DNA of 64,000 bases from Azolla caroliniana (Eukaryota; Plantae; Polypodiophyta): positions 26,412,001-26,476,000 of the forward strand of contig JBHGNT010000001.1 in the NCBI GenBank assembly GCA_043228905.1, read 5' to 3'. The position numbers and the translations under genes are program-made. Shown here in pieces: positions 49,933 to 63,000 of this stretch; the stretch's first letter is position 1, and each line of letters opens with the position of its first letter. The notes below the pieces were generated by a model, which did not search any database, was not told the origin of the DNA, and worked only from the letters and a program-made list of their open reading frames with translations.

Positions 49933-52900
49933 AGAGGGCTGCCAAGGCGTGGGGCCGAGACAGTCCGGACACTCGGGAAAGACCCCACAGCTGTACGATA
50001 GAACAGAAACCGAAGAAACCTTGTACGATAGGTAGAAAATTCTGCTTCTCCGGCAACGGAGGGTGCATGATAGTCGGCATCGTTGGGCGAGAAAAGACAA
50101 GGGCGGAAGTGCGACTTCGAGCGTGCGGAGTTCTCGGCCCGGACGAGGAAATCAGCGGAGCCGTTGAGGCGGTCTCCTTCGACGACACCTTGGGGATGCT
50201 GAGGAAGGTTGCCAGAGAAGACCTTAACGAAGACCGGACGATACTGGTATGTTCCGAAGAGATGTACGAAGTCATCGCGAACTTCAGTCGGGGGCTCGGG
50301 TCGGATCGGACGGCCCGAGTTAGCACAAAGTACAAGGCTGTGGACCGGAAGGTAAGGCCAGTCGCGGCACCCTTACTGGAGGGCAGCGAGTCCCGGATCG
50401 GAGGGGTTGCGTCGGACCCCAGTTTACGAGATCCGGCCTGCATAGGACACCCCTTCACCGACGGGACGCTCCGGGAGCTCAAAATCGGTGGGGGCGGGTT
50501 CCTACTGCCGGCGGAGGAAGACCGTTTTTGGAGGATGCTCAGAAGGCACGGGAAAGCCTTCGCATTCTCACCGGAAGAGATCGGGTGCGTGGACCCGACG
50601 ATCGTGGAGCCGATGGTGATATTCACGGTACCGCATGTACCGTGGAATCTCAAGCCGATTCCAGTACCGAGAGCTCACATCCCGAAGTTGATGGAGCTAT
50701 TGAGGCAGAAAGTCGATATGGGTATTCTCGAACCGTCGAGCGCGCCATACTTGAACCGATGGTTTACCATACCAAAGAAAAACGGAACATTGCGCTTCAT
50801 TCAGGACCTGCAGCCGGTCAACAGAGTGACCATCTGGAACGCATGAATCGGACCGACCATAGACGAGTTCGCGGAGGCCTTCGCCGGAAGGTCGATTTAC
50901 TCGGTCGGTGATCTGTACTCGGGGTACGACCAGTTCCAGCTAGCCGTGGAGAGCAGAGACATTACGACGATGCGAACTCCCCTCGGCCTAGTGCGAATGT
51001 GTACCCTGCCACAAGGAGGGACCAACTCGGTGGCCCACATGGTGAATGCAATGAACAAAGTACTGAGGGATTGCATCCCGGACATCACCATGCCGTTTCT
51101 AGAAGACATCCCTATCAAGGGGTGCCCGGTGGAAGAGAAGGATGAGACACTCGGGCCGGACGGATGCCGGCGATTCGTAGCAACACACATCGACGACTGC
51201 GAGAAGGTGCTACAAAGGCTAGAGGATGCGAGGCTCACCTTCTCCGGGGAGAAATCGGCCTTCGGGCAATCAGAGATCCTGGTGGTCGGGCACCTATGTG
51301 GACCATATGGCCGGAAGCCGTCTCCGGCAAAGGTAGAAGCCATCTCCGCGATGAAGACCGACTGTAGCTCGGTTACGGAAGTTCGGAGGTTCCTGGGGGC
51401 ATGCGCATTCTACCACATATGGATCCCGCATTACGCCCACGTTGCGGAGCCGCTATACGGGTTGCTGAAGAAAGGGCGAAAATTCGAGTGGCGAGACGAG
51501 CACACGGAGTCGGTCCGGAAGCTGAAGGAAGCTCTTGCGGCAGCACCGGCGCTCCGGAAGGCTGTCTACGAGAAGGGTACCCCAGTATACATAACGGTGG
51601 ATACGAGCCCGACCGGGATCGGATGGGTCGTCAACCAAGAAGACGAGGACGGCACCCGGTTCCCGATCCGATTCGGTGCGAAGGTCCTCAGTGAACGACA
51701 GCGAGGGTACGCCCAGGTTAAACGCGAACTCTGGGGTATCGTTTCGGCAGTAAAGGCCGACAAAGATTACCTGATCGGGATGGAAGTGGTTATCGAGACG
51801 GATTGCCTGCCGATTCTCGGCATGGTTTCCGGATGCGCGACACCGGACCTGGCGATGCTCAGGTGGATAGCGTACATCAAGTCCCTGGACCCGGAAATAC
51901 GACACATTTCCGGAAAGGACAACACCATGGCCGACATGCTTTCGAGGGCGAGGTTTGATGACGAGGGCGACATAGTTTCGGAGGACGAAGAAGTCGGCGT
52001 GGACTTCTTCGAGGCAGCGTACGTGACGACCGACGGGGCGAGCACTCCGGCACTTAACGGCTTCGACGAGAGCAAGTACGACGGCGAGTGGCTACAGATC
52101 GGTGGATTTTTGAGGACAATGACGCCGGATGCGTCATGGACGAAGGACGAGGCCAACCGGATCCGGAAGAAAGCATATCGATTCTTTCTCCAGGACGGAT
52201 ACTTATGGAAGCACCCGAAGAAGAGGAACGGCGTCCCGCTCCGGGTGGTGGCGATGAAGGAAGAACAGGAAGAGCTGCTGACGGCCTACCACGACAGCCC
52301 TTGGGCTGGACACCGTGGAACGTGGGCCACGTTCGAGAAGATAAAGGGGAAGTACTGGTGGCCGGGACTGTACCGGGACGTGCATCGGTTCGTGACAACT
52401 TGCGAGAGCTGTCAGATGCACTCCATAGTCCGACATCGGGACAAGCTTCACCCTACGTACCCTCCGACCATCCACTTCAAATGGATGGTAGATCTGGTGA
52501 CGATGTCGATGGGAGTCGGACAGATGCGGTATCTGGTCCTGGCTCGGGAAGATCTGACGAACCAGGTGGAAGGTCGAGCCCTTCAGAACAAAACGACCGC
52601 GGCCGTATGTCGGTTCCTGATCGAGGACGTGATATGCCGGTACGGGTGCGTCGGGAAGATCGTGGCCGATCGCGGGGAGCTGGACGCCGAAGAGGCCAAG
52701 GAGCTGTTCGACCGGCTAGGAGTCAAGCTCTCGCTTACCACTGCGTACAATCCGGAGGCGAATGGAAAGGTGGAGCGCGGACACGGACCGATCGTCAAGG
52801 CGTTAGTTCGGGCATGCGGAGGTCAAGTCGGGAACTGGCCGCGGCTGTTGCCTTACGCGTTGTGGGCGGACCGAACTACGCACAGTTCGGTAACCGGATT

Positions 52901-53426
52901 CATGCCGGCAGAGCTGATGTTTGGGCAGAAGCCGATCATGCCGATGGAACGCACGATCTCCTCTTGGGCAACCGTGGACTGGAGAGACGAGATGAGCTGG
53001 GAGGAACTGTTGGCGGCGTGCATACGACAGCTCGAGCGAAGAACAGAGGACGTGGAGCAGGCCGCGGGAAAGCTTCGAGTGGCAAGGACGAGGAACAAAG
53101 TCCGGTTCGACCGAACGCACCGGCTCCGACCGAAGAGGATCGAGGAAGGCGACTGGGTGCTAGTCTACGACAGCAGCCTCGACAACCAGCACCGAGCGAC
53201 ACGGAAGTTCGCAAGAAGGTGGTTCGGGCCTTATGTGGTACAAAGCGCCAACGACAACGGGACGTACCATCTGGCGGAACTCGACGGCACAAGAATAGCG
53301 ATACCGGTAGCTGGGAAGCGGATCAAAGCGTTCAAGAAGCGTCACGACAACGAGCCGGATCCGGTTAACCTGGACTGGGACGACGAACGATCCGAAACCG
53401 AGGAAGAACCGACGGGCGGGGAATGA
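49923..53426 (+). pseudogene. Pol (RT-RNaseH-integrase) of element D in the -1 frame, with a premature TGA at 50844-50846
   Basis: RT motifs LRFIQDLQ, DLYSGYDQ, LPQGGTNS and FLEDIP. RNase H VDTSPTG. Integrase H2C2 (H..PWAGH...CESC), D-D-E (MVDLV, VADRG, VERGH) and GPY motif. No chromodomain. Confidence 0.88.
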
Positions 53427-55904
53427 AGGCTGGACCGGTTTTCTCCGTCCCAACACAATTTGGCGCATGCCGGTGGATGCGCGGTTAGGTGGGGGCGGAT
53501 GTCGTGAAGAAAACCGTCCACGAGCGGAATCCGTGCACAGGAGCGTAGAAACCGACTCTTCATGCACGTGCGCCTTTGTACATAGGAGATCCTAGGTAGA
53601 TTCGGTAGGTAGGGAGTAAAGGGGAAACGGCTCCTTCCTTGCCTATAAAAAAGGAGGGAGACGAGGAGGGTAGGGGGATCGCGGAGAGTCGAGGACGAAG
53701 TGCTGTCGGTTTGCGTGCGAAGGCTTCTCTCTCTCTCTCTGGTTCGCAAACTCCATAGCTTCCTTCTGTGCAGGTTTCGGGAGGCTCGCGCTGCTCTGAG
53801 GAATGCCCGAGTGCTTCCGGCAGCACCTCCAACCTGTTCCTGTCTTTCTGTGCGTTTACGAACAGGTATCGGCATCTGATCGCCGGCCTGTTCGGTTGTA
53901 ACTGACTTCGTGTTTTGTTGTCTTCGTGTTCTTGTTGTTTGTCTTTGTTAATACATACATACATTCGTGTCTTTTTGTGTCGCTTTCCCACTTGCGTCTT
54001 TGCGTCGAAGGGCCGTGTCCCTGTGGATCTACGCTCGCATGTAGAGGGTTTCTTCCCCTTCCTCTCTCGCTCTTTGGTACAGGACCCCCGAGGTTCCACC
54101 TCATTCCACGCATCCGCGAGGAATACCTCGACAGCGTGTAACGGTTGTACGCAGGGATCGTAACCAATTAGAAGCCCTGTGTATATAAAGGGCTAGAGAC
54201 TGTTGTAAAGGGCTAGCGTATTACGAGAGTGCCGTTTTAATATAGTTTATCTTCTCTGATCTTGGTGTTCTGTCTATTGGTCTATTGGTCTCTTGTTTCC
54301 GTGTCTCGTTCTTTGTACAAGACTGTGTTGCAGTAAACACAAGGTAAGTACGCGTTGGGTGCTATGCCCCTATGGAGGTTAGGTTGTAGTCGCCTTCCCC
54401 TTACGCCCTACCTATTCCCTTGCACCACGATCACCTTGTAAGCTACCCCGAAGGATTGAGGGTGGCCTGCGTTCCTAACCGGTAACACTTTTGGCACGCC
54501 TGGTGATATGTGAATCCTCGCAGCCAAGCAAGCAAGGAATGGATGTCTAGCCTCCGATGTATCAGAGAACCTACGCGACAAGATCGACCACTAACTAGAT
54601 CCATCACCAGACAGATAGAAGAACGCGCTACGTGGAAACCCCGCCTCAACGACCACACCTCCTCTTTTCAAGAGTACACGGTAGACTCCACGCTCACATA
54701 ATAGAGCGGCTTCGATCATGAAGTCTTATCGCCACATGACCAAAGTAGTGCGAACAAACGCCACAGTAGCCCACACTACGGTGTTAGTAGCCTTCGTTTG
54801 CCGATCGTCACCATTGCGACCGGAATGACTTTTTCATACCCCCGCTTCAATGGAGAAATCGACGCTGCGAGCCACATACGATCGTTCCTCAATGTATGGA
54901 ATGCTAATGACATCGTGCAACGGCTTCCAGACGCAGAAGCCCATGCTTCGAAGATCGCCGATTTCGGGTTAACTTTGGACAGTTGGGCAGCGTGCTGGCA
55001 TTCCCAGATGGATTTGGCAGCAATCACAACCTTCGACCAATTGCAATCGGCATTCTTGCATTTTTTTCATCAGAGGGTGTCACAACGTGAAATTGTTGGT
55101 CAGTTCTATACCATCAAGCAACTTCCAACAGAATTCGTAGAGGATTTCAGTCTGCGTTTCCAGACTTTACGACGGAACCTTACACGGGCCTCGACAAACG
55201 AAGAGGCCAAGGAAACGTTTTTGGCAGTCCTACGAAGGCCTATCCGGAGGATGCTGAACACGCAAAGTGTGAAAGGGGAGACGTCAGATATGGTCATCGA
55301 GCAAGCATGAGTTAGAGGAGGAAGATGAAGGACTATCCATGGCATCGCTACGGCAGGCGTTGCCTCAAAAAGAGGAACATCAATTCCGCCAGGCCTACCA
55401 ACAATCGCTACGACAATTTGACGAGTAATATGCGGAATAATCTCCTGCCACAACCGAAGCATAGATCACTTGATGACAATCAAACACAAAAGAAATGGGA
55501 ATGGAGGTAAGTACACAAATAGAAAGAGAATACACAGGATGTTAACATGGAAAACCCTGAGAGGGAAAAACCACGGGAGTCCACAGACTCCAAACTATCA
55601 CTATGTCAAGGAGTACAAAAGGGAGCACAGAGGCAACGACCTCTTACTCACGATCTTCGCCTGGCGGCGGTTACAATAGAGATATGCTCTGTATCGCTCT
55701 CTCTCTCTCTATACAATCGTTTCGCAAAAAAAATCCTATATGAAGATAATAACATCAACAACTAACACTACTGTTTGCCCTAGGTCACATTTATACTAAT
55801 ATGACATTAGGACTATTTACAGATATAGCCCCAATGGGCTCTCAGAAACATATCTACATATATGTCCCTTCATCTGGTGAGAGGTTCTGACAGGGCCTGC
55901 AACA

Positions 55905-56185
55905 TTTGGTTCTCACCGGGTCTTCCTTGCCGGGTACTTGTCATCCGGTTCTCACCGGGTCTGCATCGTCCGGTTCTCATCGGGTCTTCCTTGCCGGGTA
56001 CTCGTCATCCGGTTCTCACCGGGTTTGTATCATTCGGTTCTCGCCAGGTCTTCCTTGCCGGGTACTCGTCATCCGGTTCTCACCGGGTCTACATCATTCG
56101 GTTCTGGGTACTCCACATCTGATTCTCAGGTCTTCCGTTGCCAGGTACTCCACATCCAGTTCTCACCGGGTCTTCTGATGCCGGG
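55905..56185. repeat. Tandem CCGGTTCTCACCGGGTC repeats within the Copia LTR (also 61615-61910)
   Basis: The motif is repeated many times in both LTRs, and copy number differs between the two. Confidence 0.85.
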
Positions 56186-56221
56186 CCCTCGTATCCCATC
56201 CGGAGGGACCGAGATCCTAAC

Positions 56222-57067
56222 CAAGGTTGTTAGGTATGTTAGGTACGGTACATATACCATACGTATTTAACGTATTAATACCCGTATAATACCTCCCAAT
56301 TTAAAAATACGTTAAATACGTTTTCTTAATATGTTAAATACTTATAAAATACGTTAAATACGTATTTTACGTATAGTACGTTAAATACTTCTAGAATTTG
56401 AAAAATTATTTACCTTTCTAAACAATATCTATAATATTGTAAAAAACATCTATGTTTACACAATTTTGTGATGTACAATATAGTTCTACATCCTAAAATG
56501 CATATAAGACATTTGAACATTTCACATCCTAAAATACTTGTAGTAATATGGATGTCTACCTTCCCTTATTCTATAAATAAGTGTAAGTGTGTATCACAAT
56601 GTTCTACTTCAAATTGTAATTATTTACAATTATGCCTTCATAGATTGAGGAATCGTCTACGATTATCACGCTCATGATAGGTTTCTCTTTTCTTCGTTTT
56701 CTTCTTCTTCTTCTTCTTCTTCTTCTTCTATCTTCTGCGATTATCACACTCAAGACAGGTTTATGTCTTCTTTTCTCTCTTCTTCTTCTTCATCTTCTTC
56801 ATCGTCGTCTCTTCTATTCTTCTTCCTTCCTTCCTTTGGCTTCTTTTTCACTAAAATCTTTTTTTTCTTTTGCTTTTTGTTAGGGTTTTACTTACATTTT
56901 CTTTATAAATACGTATTATACCTGTTGTTTTATAAATATGTTAAATACCGTATTGGACAAATGTACATGATATTTGACTGAACAACATTGAGGTATAGTA
57001 CATACTATACAAATTATGCGGTACTACACGTATTTAAACGTTAAATACGGGTACGTAAACAACCATG
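56222..57067. mobile_element. hAT-type non-autonomous element (846 bp) inserted at the inner edge of the Copia 3' LTR
   Basis: TIRs CAAGGTTGTT and rev-comp CATGGTTGTT. Exact 8-bp TSD ATCCTAAC at 56214-56221 and 57068-57075. Absent from the sister LTR. Subterminal ACGTATTTAACG repeats and an internal (CTT)n tract. Confidence 0.92.
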
Positions 57068-60000
57068 ATCCTAACAAACTCCCCCTTCACTCTGGCATGG
57101 GATGCCTCGTCAATCCAATCCGCTTCCGGCATACGTCTAGCTTGTCGGGCGTCATCACCTTGGTCAACATATCCGACCCGTTCTCCTCCGTGTGGATCTT
57201 CGACAACATGAACTCTCGGTCTTCTACTCGCTCCCGAATCCAGTGGTACCTACGCTGGATGTGCTTCATCCTGGAATGATACACTTCGTTCTTCGCAAGG
57301 TGGATGACACTTTGACTGTCGCAATAGAGCCAGTATTCCTCGTGCCGGATCCCTAGCTCTTCGATGAAGTCCTTCATCCATAGTATTTCCTTGTTGACTT
57401 CCACAGCTACCATGTACTCCGCTTCCGTGGTTGACAACGCAACCATCTTCTACAACCGTGATTGCCACGAAACAACTCCCCCCGCATATGTCATGACATA
57501 TCCCGATGTTGACCGGCTGATATCCGCATCAACCGACATATCCCAATTGGTGAAACCGTCAAGTTGGGGTTTATCGGAGCCGAATCAGAGACACGTACTT
57601 GAGGTGCCTTTCAAGTATCGGAGTATCCATTTTACCGCATTCTAGTGCTCCTTGCTGGGATTGCTCATAAACTGGCACACCACTCTGACTGCATATCCGA
57701 TATCCGGTCGGGTACACACCATTGCGTACATTAGGCTCCCGACGGTAGAGGCATATGGTATCTTCATCATATCCACCTTCTCTGCCTTCCTCTTCGGGCT
57801 TTGCTTACCAGATAACCTGCAGTTTGCTGGAAGTGTCGATCCGACCGGTTTCGCATCTGACATGGTGAACCGTTGAAGCACCTTTGTCACGTACTTCTCC
57901 TGTGACAACCACAATTGCTTCGTTGGACGGTCCCGGATGATATGCATCCCCAACATCTGTCTTGCCGAACCCAAGTCTTTCATTGAGAAGGTCCGGTTCA
58001 GGGCCTTCTTCAGCATCCGTACCGACGATCAACATGTTGTCCACGTACAAGGGGAGTATCAGGAAGTCTCCACCTTCGAACTTCTTCACAAATACGCAGT
58101 GATCGGCTTGCGTCTTGTGGTACCCTTGATCGGTCATGAAGGAGTCGAACTTCCGGTACCATTGCCGGGGAGCCTGCTTCAACCCGTAGAGGCTCTTTTT
58201 TAACCAGCAAACCAGGTGCTCCTTCCCTTTCTTCACAAATCCCTCCGGTTGCTGCATGTAGATCTCCTCTTCGAGGTCACCGTGGAGGAACACCGTCTTC
58301 ACGTCTAACTACTCTACCTCATGGTCCATGCTTGCCGCTATGCTCAGCACCATCCGGATGGAAGTCATCTTTACTACCGGGGCAAATATCTCGTCGAAGT
58401 CCACACCCTTCTTCTGTCGGAACCCCTTCACCACGATCCTGGCTTTGTACCTTGGAGGGTTGCCGACATCTCCTGGTTTCAACTTGTACACCCACTTGTT
58501 TCGGAGTGCTCTCTTTCCTTTCAGCAACTCCACCAATTCATACGTGTGGTTCTCATGCAGGGAATCCATCTCGTCCTGCATGGCACTCAACCACTTGCAG
58601 CTATGGGTGTCATCCTTCACTTCTTCGAAGCTTTCCGGCTCCCCCTCATCGGTCAGCAGCACATGCTCTGCATCCGGAAATCTCCGGGGGCCCCTTCTCT
58701 CTCTAAGAGGATATCTCCGTCTTTGGCTTTCGACAACCGGCTTCTCTATTTGTTCTTCATCCGAATCCAATTCGGGTTCTTGGCCGGTTCCGGTTTCAGC
58801 TTCCTCTACTTCTTCTTCTACCGGTTCGGTATCCTCACCGTAACCGGCTGGTTCCTCGAGTGTCAACCGGTTCTTAGCCGGGTGAGTCCGAATCTCATCG
58901 GAGTTCATTATCTTCTTCTCTGACTCCCAGTCGGCAAGAGTCTTGTCCTCCATGAAGATAATATCTCGGCTCCGGAAAACCTTCTTGTCAGCCGGGTCCC
59001 ACACTCGGTAGCCGAACTCATCATCGCCGTATCCGAGGAATATGCATGGCCGGGTCTTTGGATCCAACTTTCCTCTCCGGTCCTTAGCAACATGCACGTA
59101 TGCGAGACACCCGAACACCTTCAAGTGCCGGTAGGACGCTTCCTTACCGGTCCACACCTTTAGTGGCATGTCTCCATCCAAGGGCACTAAGGGTGATCTA
59201 TTTATCACATACGTCGCTGTTGACAATGCTTCAGCCCAAAACGTCTTGGGTAGTTTAGCATGTGCTAGCATACTCCGGACCCTCTCCATTATGGTCCGGT
59301 TCATCCTCTCGGCTAGCCCGTTTAGTTTCGGCGTCTTTGGCACAGTAAATTCGAGCCGGATTCCCTTCGAGCGGCAGTACTCCTCGAACTGCCCCCGGTA
59401 TTCCCCTCCGTTATCTGCTCGAACCACCTTCAGCTTCTGTTTGGTTTCTCTTTCCACTCTTGCGTGGAGCTCCTTGAAGAAGGATAACACCTGATCCTTC
59501 GTCTTCAACGGTGGCCCACAACCTCCGACTGTGGTCATCTATGAAAGTCACGAAGTACTGTGCTCCGGCATGGGACTTCGTGTCCACTTGACACACATCG
59601 GTATGCACCAACTCCAATGGTGCATTACGTCTCATCGGCGGCCTTGATTGGAAGGAGGTCCGGTTTTGCTTACCGGCTAGGTAGTCGGTGCATCTCTCAA
59701 GATGCACGTTCTTCACCAGAATGAGGTTGTCATAGGCAAGCCTCTTCATCCCCTTCACGCTCATGTGACACAGTCTCTTGTGCCACAGCTCACCGGCAGT
59801 GTCGGAAGCCACATTCACTTCTTCCGGGCATAACTGGGCATTCATCAGGTACAACGTGTTGACCTTCCGGGCCCGAGCCACTATCAGGCTCCCTTTGCTG
59901 AATTTCGTGATTCCATTCTAGATGCTACCTGTGTAGCCTTCATCATCTAGCTGACCGACTGATATCAAGTTCAGTCGAACCTCCGGAACATGTCAGACAT

Positions 60001-63000
60001 CCTTCAGCAACAACTTGTATCCGGTTGGTGTTGTCAACCACACGTCTCCTATGCCGACAATTCGGCATGTACCTTCATTCCCCATCCGGACACAACCGTG
60101 ATCACCGGCTGTGTAGGATGAGAAGCATTTCTGGTCCGGGGTAAGGTGGAGCGACGCTCCGGAATCAACAACCCACATTGTCTTGTCGCCGGCAAGGTTC
60201 AACTCACTCTCCTCGGTGATGAGCATCAACTCTTCTTCACTTGCCGCGATTGCCGTCATTCCCTTCCGGTCCGGTCCCCTCCGGTCTTTACCGTTCCGTT
60301 CCGGTGTCCGCTTCGAATCAGTACCGTCGGTTTCCTTGTCTTTTCGGAAGTGCCGATAGTTCTTTTGGAAGTGTCCCGACTTGTCGCAATAGAAGCAAGT
60401 AGGCCTCCCCCTTGACTTTGACCGTGTCCCCTACTTTTCCCGGTTCTGGGGACTACGGTTCCTTTGTCTTCCGCGTTCCGATTCGGTAAGGAGCGCTTTG
60501 GAGTCGGAGCTCGTATCCTTGTCTTTCCGACGCGCCTCCTCATCTAGCAAGCTCGACTTCACTCTTGCTAGGGATAACCATTTCCCTTCCGGCCCGGCGT
60601 TGCCCAAAGTGACAACCAACGTCTCCCAACTATTTGGGAGGGAACCGAGCAAGAGTAGTGCTAGTACCTCATTGGCGAGAGGTACTTCCAATGATGTTTC
60701 ATGGTGGATCAACCCCTGGAAGGCATTCATTGCTCCGCCATGCTGGAGCCATCTTGGTACCAAAGTCTTACTAGCTTCCAAAATACCGAAACCTGATTAA
60801 CAACATTTTTGTTCTGAAACATAATGCCGATCTTCTCCCAGAGCTCATGAGCCTTGCTCTCTTCATTGAAGTTGTTGTATAGACTCATGTCGATGAAGCA
60901 CCGTATGTACGCTGTTGTCATCATGTGCATCACCTCCCATATCGTGGAAACGATTTGGTCTGTTCTCTTGTCCCCGAACTGAACCGACAACCAAAGATCT
61001 TTAACCACGAGCATGTCCCTCATCTTCGATTTCCACACTGAGTAGTTGGAGCCGGTGAGCTTGAACATGCCTCCCAACGAATCGTCCATTTTTCTATGTC
61101 GTTTCACTCTGATACCAGTTTGACGAGTAATATGCGGATAATCTCCAGCCACAACCGAAGCGTAGATCACTTGATGACAATCAAACACAAAAGAAATGGG
61201 AATGGAGGTAAGTACACAAATAGAAAGAGAATACACAGGATGTTAACATGGAAAACCCTGAGAGGGAAAAACCACGGGAGTCCACAGACTCCAAACTATC
61301 ACTATGTCAAGGAGTACAACAGGGAGCACAAAGGCAACGACCTCTTACTCATGATCTTCGCCTAACGACGGTTACAACAGAGATATGCTCTGTATCGCTC
61401 GCTCTCTCTCTCTCTCTGTACAATCGTTTCGCAAAAAGAAATCCTATATGAAGATAATAACATCAACAACTAACACTACTATTTGCCCTAGGTCACATTT
61501 ATACTAATAGGACATTAGGACTATTTACAGATATAGCCCCAATGGGCTCTCAGAAACATATCTACATATATGTCCCTTCATCCGGTGAGAGGTTCTGATA
61601 GGGCCTGCAACATCTGGTTCTCACCGGGTCTTCCTTGCCGGGTACTCGTCATCCGGCTCTCACCGGGTTTGCATCATCCAATTCTCACCGGGTCTTCCTT
61701 GCCGGGTACTTTTCATCCGGTTCTCACCGGGTCTGCATCATCCGGTTCTCGGTACTCCACATCCGATTCTCACCGGGTCTTCTGTTGCCGGGTACTCCAC
61801 ATCCGGTTATCACCGGGTCTTCCGTTGTCGGGTACTCCACATCCGGTTATTACCGGGTCTTCCGTTGCCGGGTATTTCACATCCGTTTCTCACCGGGTCT
61901 TCCGATGCCGGGCCTTCGTATCCCATCCGGAGGGACCGAGATCCTAACACAATTGACGGCCTACCAACAATCGCGGAGGATTCAATGAACCTCGTCCAAA
62001 TGGTAACAATCGTTCGCCTAGGGACCATTGCCGTTATGAGGAGAGTTCAGAAGATGAACAATGCCTAGAGCTGCACCAAGAATATCGTCAACAACCCCGG
62101 AATAACAGGTGAATTCAGCAAACCCGGGAAGAGCAAGCCGCACCGGTAGAAACCAATACACCGCCACGACTACTCTCAATTGCTAGGGACCTGACCTCAG
62201 GTGAGAAGACAACAATAACAGAACTGCTCCGGGAATATAAGGATGTTTTCGCATGGTCACACGAGGACATGAAAGGGTTGGATCCGAAATTTTATCAGCA
62301 CAAGATGAACTTGTCCACTGACGCGAAACCTGTGCAGCAGCGACGCTATTGAATGAACCCGAATTACGCGGCTCAGTAAAAGAAGAAATTGACAAACTGT
62401 TGAAAGCAGGGTTCATTCGACTGGTCAAATAGGCCCCGTGGTTGAGTCCAATAGTCGTGGTGCCGAAGAAAAATAGGAAAATACGCGTTTGTGTGGATTA
62501 CCGCAAGCTAAACGCCGTAACAATTACAGATGCGTTTCCCTTACCTTTTACAGATAGCATACTAGACGCCGTCGCGGGCCATGACATGTATAGTTTTTTG
62601 GATGGCTTCAACGGATACAATCAAGTACGTATGCACCCTGACGACCAAGAGAAGACCGTGTTCGTCACGGACTGGGGCGTGTTCGATGCCGTAGTAATGA
62701 TGTTTGGTCTGAAAACGGCGCCCGCCACTTTCCAACGAACAATTGTGAAGATTTTTGGAGAATACATACCTGCATTTATGCAAGTTTTTCTCGACGACTT
62801 TGTGGTGTATGGAACATGAGGTGAACATTTGGGGCATCTACGACTTTGTTTGGAACGTTGCCATACGTCACGCCTCAGTTTTAAACCGGCGAAATGTGCA
62901 TTTGGTGCCACTAGCGGAGCACTCCTTGGAGATATAGTAAGCAAGGAGGGGATAGCGGTAGACCCTAACAAAATCACGACAATCATCAAAGCAAAGACCT

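Larger units (their letters stand above)
47125..54133 (+). mobile_element. Structurally complete Gypsy LTR retrotransposon (element D); LTRs 47125-47761 and 53500-54133
   Basis: Highly similar TG...CA LTRs. 4-bp TSD GCGT at 47121-47124 and 54134-54137. PBS TGGTGAACCCGACGTGAA at 47766-47783. PPT AGGTGGGGGCGGA before 53500. Confidence 0.95.
55419..61949 (-). mobile_element. Ty1/Copia LTR retrotransposon (element E, Tnt1-like); 5' LTR 61949-61121, 3' LTR 57076-55419 (contains a hAT insertion)
   Basis: 5-bp TSD CAATT at 55414-55418 and 61950-61954. PBS TGGTATCAGAG (tRNA-iMet) at 61117-61107 and PPT GAAGGGGGAG at ~57088-57079. Domain order gag (KLTGSNYSVWK), protease (WVVDSGAS), GAG-pre-INT (LWHKRLCH), integrase, RT (YKARIVVKG, LYGLKQAPRQW, YVDNML) and RNase H. 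Frameshifted and stopped. Confidence 0.95.

Noticed and set aside
46981-54167. Many long overlapping or antisense ORFs (e.g. 46981-48045, 52088-53368, 53342-54099)
   Set aside because: These are shadow ORFs of GC-rich retrotransposon coding sequence and LTRs, with no recognisable domains.
55862-56270. Repetitive ORFs (FSPGLPCRVL...) in the Copia LTRs
   Set aside because: They are translations of LTR tandem repeats that are open in several frames.
55392-61974. 17-bp direct repeat GGCCTACCAACAATCGC on both sides of the Copia
   Set aside because: It does not abut the LTR ends. The real TSD is CAATT, and the repeat is internal to the host element's gag region.
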